Origin: Octopus vulgaris
Taxonomy: Eukaryota
Assembly (NCBI GenBank): GCA_951406725.2
Contig: OX597817.1
Coordinates: 71,176,001-71,240,000 of the forward strand
Length of the DNA stretch: 64,000 nucleotides
Reading direction: 5' to 3'
The translations under genes were made by a program, and so were the position numbers. Under the pieces are notes generated by a model that was not told the DNA's origin, ran no database searches, and saw nothing but the letters and a program-made list of their open reading frames with translations. Below, one piece after another: positions 56,607 through 64,000 of this stretch (its first letter is position 1; the number at the start of each line of letters is the position of its first letter).

Positions 56607-57272
56607 ACAGACACACACATATAAACAGACAACCTCGCTATCATAACGTGGGAGAGCACTTCATGGCCACTCGACCTGTTGCAAATCGCATATAAGTTCT
56701 CAATGAATTATACAGTCGTTTTAAATTGAAGCATTAGATACACAAAATTCTTTCTGTCTGTCGCTTACTTGTAACTATGTAAAGACGGAATGACCACTAC
56801 TAGAAGGTTGTTGATCGAATATATGCTCATGCAACAATAAATATATAAGAACACGAAGTAACAAAAGAGCCAGTACGTGGTTGTTTAATCTGTTAGAAAG
56901 GGCGGCTAAATATTCGTCGAATCATAGCCTACCAGCGTAAATAAAATAGACGGGCGTATTGGGTAATCAAGTACTTTTTACACCGTTCCTAAAAATCTAT
57001 GAAAGAAACGGGTTGGTCACGATTGGAATAGCTCTGATTAGAGGTCTACTTGATAAGAGTTCTGGCGCTAAAACAATAGCAAGCACCACTGTGAAGTCGT
57101 TCTTGAGCGTGTAGATTCGTTAGGCCGGGAGTTTGACTCGATTTCTATAGCGTTCAAACGCTTAGGAGTACAACACTTTCCAACATTAAACGAGTAGCCA
57201 AATTCGTTGCAGGGTTAACCTCACCCCCAACTCTTGCTGGTACTCATTTTCAGTTGAATGGACTGTATACTC

Positions 57273-57478
57273 TCTCTTTTACTTGTTTCAGTCATTTGAC
57301 TGCGGCCATGCTGGAGCACCACCTGTAGTCGAGCAAATCGACCCCAGAGCTTATTCTTTGTAAGCCTAGTACTTATTCTACAGGTGTCTTTTGCCGAACA
57401 ACTAAGTTACGGGGACTTAAACACACCAACATCGGTTGTCAAGCGATGTTGGGGTGACAAACACAGACTCACAAACGT

Positions 57479-57515
<37 letters not shown>

Positions 57516-57684
57516 CATATATACGACGGGCTTCTTTCAGTTTCCTTCTACTAAATCCACTCACAAGTCTTCGGTCGACCCGAGGGATATAGTAGAAGAC
57601 ACTTGCCCAAAGTGTCACACAGTGAGACTGAACCCGTGACCATGAGGCTGGTAAGCAAGCTACCTACCACACAGCCACTCCTAC
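57273..57684 (-). mobile_element. SINE family B, full length
   Basis: Reverse complement of the 24150 unit. Further diverged copies at ~56230-56570(-), 58015-58420(+), 58575-59045(-), 63635-63990(-). Confidence 0.88.
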
Positions 57685-58156
57685 GAAAGTCTTTTGCTCA
57701 AGAATGCAACAGCTCACCTGTTCCTGGAATCGAACTCGCGACTACGATTACGAGCCTAGCACTCTAACCACTAGGTTGCACACCTTCACACCACTTCTTG
57801 AGAATGTTGCTTCACGGTCAGCAGGTCTGCAAAAATTAGCAGTGAAATCTCCCTCAATTATTACCCATGCTTAATAAACAAGAGGCTTTTTCAAATGGAT
57901 AATGTTGTCCCAGATACACTATACTTGGAAATGGGACAGCGATCATGCCTGCAACAACTTTGGAAGCATCAGCAGAGAAACAAATTACAACAACAATAAA
58001 ACTTTTCTGAAACAGGCATTGCAGTGCAGTAAAAGTTTGTTTCCCAACCACACGATTCCAGGTTTAGTTCCTTTGTGAGGAATCTTGGGCAGGTATCTTC
58101 TATAACAGTCTTAGGCCGACAAAAGCCTTTTAAGTGGATTTGGTAGACGGGAACAG

Positions 58157-58239
<83 letters not shown>

Positions 58240-59430
58240 TATACGCGCGTGTCTGTATGTTTGTGTCTGTCCAAATTCACCGCTTGACAACCGGTATTGC
58301 TTTGTTTACGTAGCCGTAACTTAGCGATCCACCGAAAACGACAGGTGAAATAAGTGATAGACATTTTAAAAATAAGTACTAGGCTCGATTTGTTCGACTA
58401 AAACCCCCAACATAGCCGCAAACAGTTAGTAGAGAGGCAAATAAATCACTGGACAGCTACATTAGTTCCATTCTTCAGTATTTCGGGTTCGAATCACACT
58501 AATTGAACAAACTTTGTTACCAACTCATTACTTACGACAAATAATTGCTTTCTAAAATCGACCAGTTGTCTTGTATTTGTATCAGTCATTGGATTGCAGC
58601 CACGCTGGGGTAGCGCCTTGAAAAGTTTTCGTCGAACAGATTGCACCGGTACTTATCTTAAAGTCTCATACTTATTCTATCGGTATGTTTTGCTGAACCG
58701 CTACATCATGAGGACACAAGCAATTCAATAGCGGTCGACGAGCGTTGGGGTAGACAGACACAAACGCAAAAACACTCACACATACATGCAAACACACATA
58801 CATGCAAACACACATACACACACATACATGCACACACACACACATACACATGTATGTATATATATACATGTATGTATGTATGTATGTATGTATGTATGTA
58901 TGTATGTATGCATGCATACATGCACGTATATATTCGGCGGGTTTCCACAGAACTCCAGTCTACCAAATTCTATCACAAGGCACTCGTTCGGGGGCATAAG
59001 TAGAAAATACTTACCCTAGGCAACGTACCATGAGACTGAACTCAAAGCCAGCTTAAATATTTCCATTCCAACAGAGCAGATAAAAGCAAAATGTACTAAT
59101 GTTATGTAGCAGAGTAATTATTCAGCAGTTCTATTTATTTTCAGCTTCCCTACTTGTAAGTTCAATTATTAGTATTGCTAATTAATTTGCGAAATTATTA
59201 CTTTACTAATATCAATACATTGACTATTTGTTTGTGATGGGTGGGTATAGGACGATGTTAACATTTATTGTTATTATTCGTGATGGTCTTTTGTACAACG
59301 AAAGGAAAGTGTTAAAGTCTAAACAGAATGTACATATACAAACATACAAACACACACACACAAATGCATGTGTGCGTGTATATACATGTGTATGTGTATA
59401 TAAGTATATACATGCGTGTATACACATACA

Positions 59431-59488
<58 letters not shown>

Positions 59489-59621
59489 AATGTATACATG
59501 CGTGTATACATACACATCTGTAAATATGTATACGTGTATGTGTACGTGTATGTGTGTGTATATATAGACACATATACATATACATATATACATATATATA
59601 CAGATATATATACATATATAT

Positions 59622-59655
<34 letters not shown>

Positions 59656-59718
59656 CTACAGATATATATATACATATACATACATATATATACATATATA
59701 TACATATATACATACGCG

Positions 59719-59803
<85 letters not shown>

Positions 59804-59832
59804 GCATATAAATATGTATATATATTTATATA

Positions 59833-59898
<66 letters not shown>

Positions 59899-60426
59899 CT
59901 TGCCTTCGAACGTTGAGTAGTTGAAACAGGGACAACTGAAGAAGAGGAATATTCTTTATGCTGTATGTCTCTTTTATTTGTTTGTTTTTTTATTCGTTGT
60001 TCGAAAAAAAGTTCGTTTCTATGTTTTTGTTTTTATGTTTTCGTTTCTCATTGTGTTCAACGTTTCTTTGATGTACTGTACCCATATATGCATGTATATA
60101 TACGTATATACGTAGGTATGTACATATATGTATGTATATATGCATATATTTATATATTATTTATATTATTATATATATAGATATGTATATATATGGATGG
60201 ATATATATATATATATACGTATAAACATATATACACAAATATAAACATACATATATATTTATATATACATATAAATAAACATATATATATATATAAACAT
60301 ACATATAGACATATAAACAAACACATACATATAGACATATATATACAAACACATATATATACATATATATATACATATAAATAAGCATATATATATATAT
60401 AAACATACATATAGACATATAAACAA

Positions 60427-60470
<44 letters not shown>

Positions 60471-60855
60471 ACATGCATATATATACATATAAAAATACAT
60501 ATATATAAATATACTTATAAACGTACATATATATACACATAAATATACATATATATATACATATAAATACGTATATATACATATAAACATGTATATGTAC
60601 ATATAAGCATATTTATGTACATATAATCATATGTATATATATATACATTTATATATGCATATATATACATATATATACATATAAACATATATGCATATAT
60701 TAATATATATACACACACGCACATATATATATGAATATATATCTATATACATATATGCATGCATATATACAACTATACGTATACATATGTATATACATAC
60801 ATATACATTGTATATATATATAATAAATATATGTGTGTGTATTTATATATATATA

Positions 60856-62048
60856 TTGGGTCATCCCCAAAATAATGCGGTTTTTTAATGCCTCTTTTAG
60901 TTTTGAAAATTAAGATAATCAAAGTTCGTTCTTAATCTAAAATATACAATCCTTCTATGTGGTAGTCTTGCAAGGCCCCTTTTCTAAAATTCACTTGTCC
61001 GTAACAAGAAATACTTCTTCAATATTGTTCTGACTTCGTCTATAGAATTCATATATTTTCTGAACAAATGATTTTGAAGATTGTGGAACAAATAATAATC
61101 ACATGAGGTAATGTCCGGCGAATATGGTGGGTGGGGCATCACTTCCCATTGAAACTATTCCAGCCTTTGGAATGTCATCCTCGCTGTATGTGACCGAGCA
61201 GTATCCTGATGGAAGAATACCTTTCGTTTTGAAACCAAAGATGGTCGTTTTTCTTCTAGAGCTGACTTAAGCCGCTCGAGCTCCTTGCAGTAGATCTCCT
61301 TTATTATAATTTGGTTTGGGTTTAAAAGTTAAAAGTGGAACAAATCTTTCATATCTCACCAAATAAATAACATCTTACGTGGGTGAAGACCTTCTTCAGC
61401 CTGTGGTGCCAGTGTTTCTCCTTCCCTTACCCACTGTCTTTGGCGCTTCACATTTTTATAGAGAACCTATTTCTCATTACCTGTTACTGTTCGCTCCAAA
61501 AATGGTTCATTTGTGAGATGTGACAGCAAAGGATCGATGGGCCACGCTTTCGCGGTCCGTATTCGTACTGAAAATCGAGATCGAGCGAGCTTGTGAGGAA
61601 GCCATTGATCCAATTTGCTGATTTTTCCGATGGCACGCAGGTGTCGATGAATGGTTGAATTACGAAATCTAAGCTTTTGTTCCACCAGGGTTTGCAGGAC
61701 GTCTTCGACAAGCTCTACAAATCTTCTGGCTCGAAATTTCTGGAACCACCGTTGACACTGGTTTACGCTTATTGTCCGATCCCCATATACTGCATTAATA
61801 TTCCACGTTGTTGCTTTCATTGAACTCATGCAGCAAAAAATGCCAGATATGCTCCTTTGTCACTTCTATTACAGCTTTGAAAAAAGTTTTTAATCAAACT
61901 GCACGCTTCAAAACTTGCACTAAGAATAAGGACAAGGTGAAATTACTACGTCCTTTTATAGCAAGTTGATGTAAGTAGATTATCCCGGTCTCCTCCGACT
62001 TTTGGTTCATGCAATTGAAAAAACCGCATTATTTATGGGATGACCCAA
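60856..62048 (-). mobile_element. Near full-length degenerate mariner transposon
   Basis: TIRs ta|ttgggtcatccccaaaataatgcggttttt and aaaaaccgcattatttatgggatgacccaa|ta; WLPHKL, VTGNEK*, HPPYSPDITSCDYYLF in broken frames. Confidence 0.92.
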
Positions 62049-62250
62049 TATATACACACACACTCACATACTCATGCATTTAGTAATGACTGCAGCGATG
62101 TTGGGACATCACCTTGAAGGAATCCAAACGCCGTTCTTGACCTCAACGGTCAGCGATTCATATCTATAGCTGAACTTAAAAAACAAACACAAATACGGTT
62201 ATTTTTTATAGTCTCAAGCTTAAAGCTATATAGTGATAAGTATCTGCGCA

Positions 62251-62304
<54 letters not shown>

Positions 62305-62523
62305 GGGCTCCTTTAGTATTCATTTAGAAGGCAATCGTCGGCCCGAAGGATATTGTAAAAGACTTGCCAAAAATTCCCCGCATTTGGATGGACGCCAAGG
62401 GCACGTGGTTACGAATCGAAGATTTTAGCCACCGATCCATATATATATGTATATAACAAAAGAGTGGGATGTTTCCACGCAGGAAAAAATATAGGAAAGG
62501 TCCATTTCAACAACACATTTTCC

Positions 62524-62555
<32 letters not shown>

Positions 62556-62690
62556 TATATATATACATGTATATATGTATGTATATATATGTATACATAT
62601 ATATACATATATATACACACACATATTTATATATATATACATTTATATATATGCGATATATATATATATATATATATATGTATGCACACA

Positions 62691-62749
<59 letters not shown>

Positions 62750-62980
62750 CAATTAAGGATAAAATCTTAATAAGAAATCTTAACAATAAATTATCAGGTA
62801 GTTAGCGTGAAAAACCTCATAAGAGAAAAAATCTGAAAATTTTTCACTTGAAAATATTTATTTATATTATATGGAGGGTATTATTACACATAAATGCCAC
62901 ACGCTAGGAGGGACTTTCAAAGTCATTACTACCAAAAATAAACGAATCTCTCGAAGCAAGACATTCAAAAACAGAATTTA

Positions 62981-63044
62981 GTTCCAGATCACCTGTGATT
63001 TCGCAATTAACGTATTATCTACGTCTTTTGTTCATCAGTGAAAC
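62981..63044 (-). ncRNA. Type I hammerhead ribozyme (left-arm copy)
   Basis: Exact reverse complement of 63100-63163. Confidence 0.75.
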
Positions 63045-63099
63045 ATTCAAAACATATCAAAAATCAAAAAATATCTTATTTTTGATATGTTTTGAATAT

Positions 63100-63163
63100 G
63101 TTTCACTGATGAACAAAAGACGTAGATAATACGTTAATTGCGAAATCACAGGTGATCTGGAAC
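63100..63163 (+). ncRNA. Type I hammerhead ribozyme (right-arm copy)
   Basis: GTTTCA-CTGATGA-aCAA(aag ACGTA gataa TACGT taa)TTGc-GAAA-TCAC-AG-GTGA-TC-TGGAAC: canonical core, stems I-III, AUC cleavage triplet. Confidence 0.78.
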
Positions 63164-63284
63164 TAAATTCTGTTTTTGAATGTCTTGCTTCGAGAGCTGC
63201 ATTCGGTACGATTCGTTTATTTTTGGTAGTAATGACTTTGAAAGTCCCTCCTAGCGTGTGGCATTTATGTATAATAATGCCCTC

Positions 63285-63339
<55 letters not shown>

Positions 63340-63552
63340 CACCTACAAATATACATATATATATACATATATACACGCTACTGGTAACCTGTAACGTAGT
63401 GCAACCTGTCGCATTGTCGGGTCGTCGGCGACTAAACTGGCAAGCCTAGCAACCTTGCTTGGTGAGGAGGGGAACTGTTAGGCACCCTGCAGGATGAAAA
63501 TTAGACCCGCCAAAGGGTAAAGGTACTCATGAGTAGTCAACGGCCATTCAAC

Positions 63553-63634
<82 letters not shown>

Positions 63635-64000
63635 TCTTGTACTAGTTTCAATTATTTGATTGCAGCCATAGGGCAACGCCTTGAAGGCTTTAGTCAAACA
63701 AATCCATCCTAGTACTCATTTCTAAGTATCAGTACTCAAAAATAAGTACTGGTATTAATTATATAGGTTTTTTGCCGAACTGCAAAGTTTCGGTTGGTAA
63801 ACGAAACAACCCCGGTTGATAAGGTGTGGTGGCGGATAAACTCACGCGTGCACGCGCGCACACACACACAGATCCACTCACATGGTTTTGGTTGGCTGGG
63901 GGCAATAATATAAGACACTCAAGCTTCTTCGCAGTGGAACTGAACCCAAAACTATGTACCTGGGTTGCAAACTTTTTACTACAAAGCCACATATATATAT

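Larger units (their letters stand above)
62750..63295. repeat. ~433 bp near-perfect palindrome (62863-63295) plus a ~110 bp one-sided extension between (TA)n tracts; probable inverted PLE terminal repeat
   Basis: Arms 62863-63064 and 63078-63295 with a 13-nt spacer; the right arm has extra 14-nt and 2-nt segments. Confidence 0.92.

Noticed and set aside
59900-59975. GAAAC...CTGAAGA as a permuted hammerhead
   Set aside because: I could not form stems I and III around the core.

Overview
AT-rich eukaryotic (animal) genomic DNA, almost all intronic/intergenic and packed with microsatellites and transposable elements. The SINE families and repeat style suggest an octopus/coleoid cephalopod genome (inference, no database search done). 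No complete host gene is visible, and nearly all track ORFs are translations of (TA)n, (CA)n or (TACA)n repeats. Identified elements: Penelope-like element (PLE) remnants (GIY-YIG endonuclease, RT motif); four R4/Dong-type RLE retrotransposon copies, mostly in (TAA)n, one with an unbroken ~580-aa frame; degraded CR1/L2-like and Tx1/L1-like LINEs; five mariner copies or fragments; two hAT MITEs; a non-autonomous Helitron; a solo LTR; and many tRNA-derived SINEs. The most notable signal is a set of hammerhead ribozyme (HHR) motifs at (TA)n tracts. Two unrelated ~410-430 bp near-perfect palindromes (6075-6482, 62863-63295) each carry an HHR or HHR-like motif in both arms, and another HHR lies downstream of the GIY-YIG ORF. 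A possible minus-strand host exon lies at 54023-55506.
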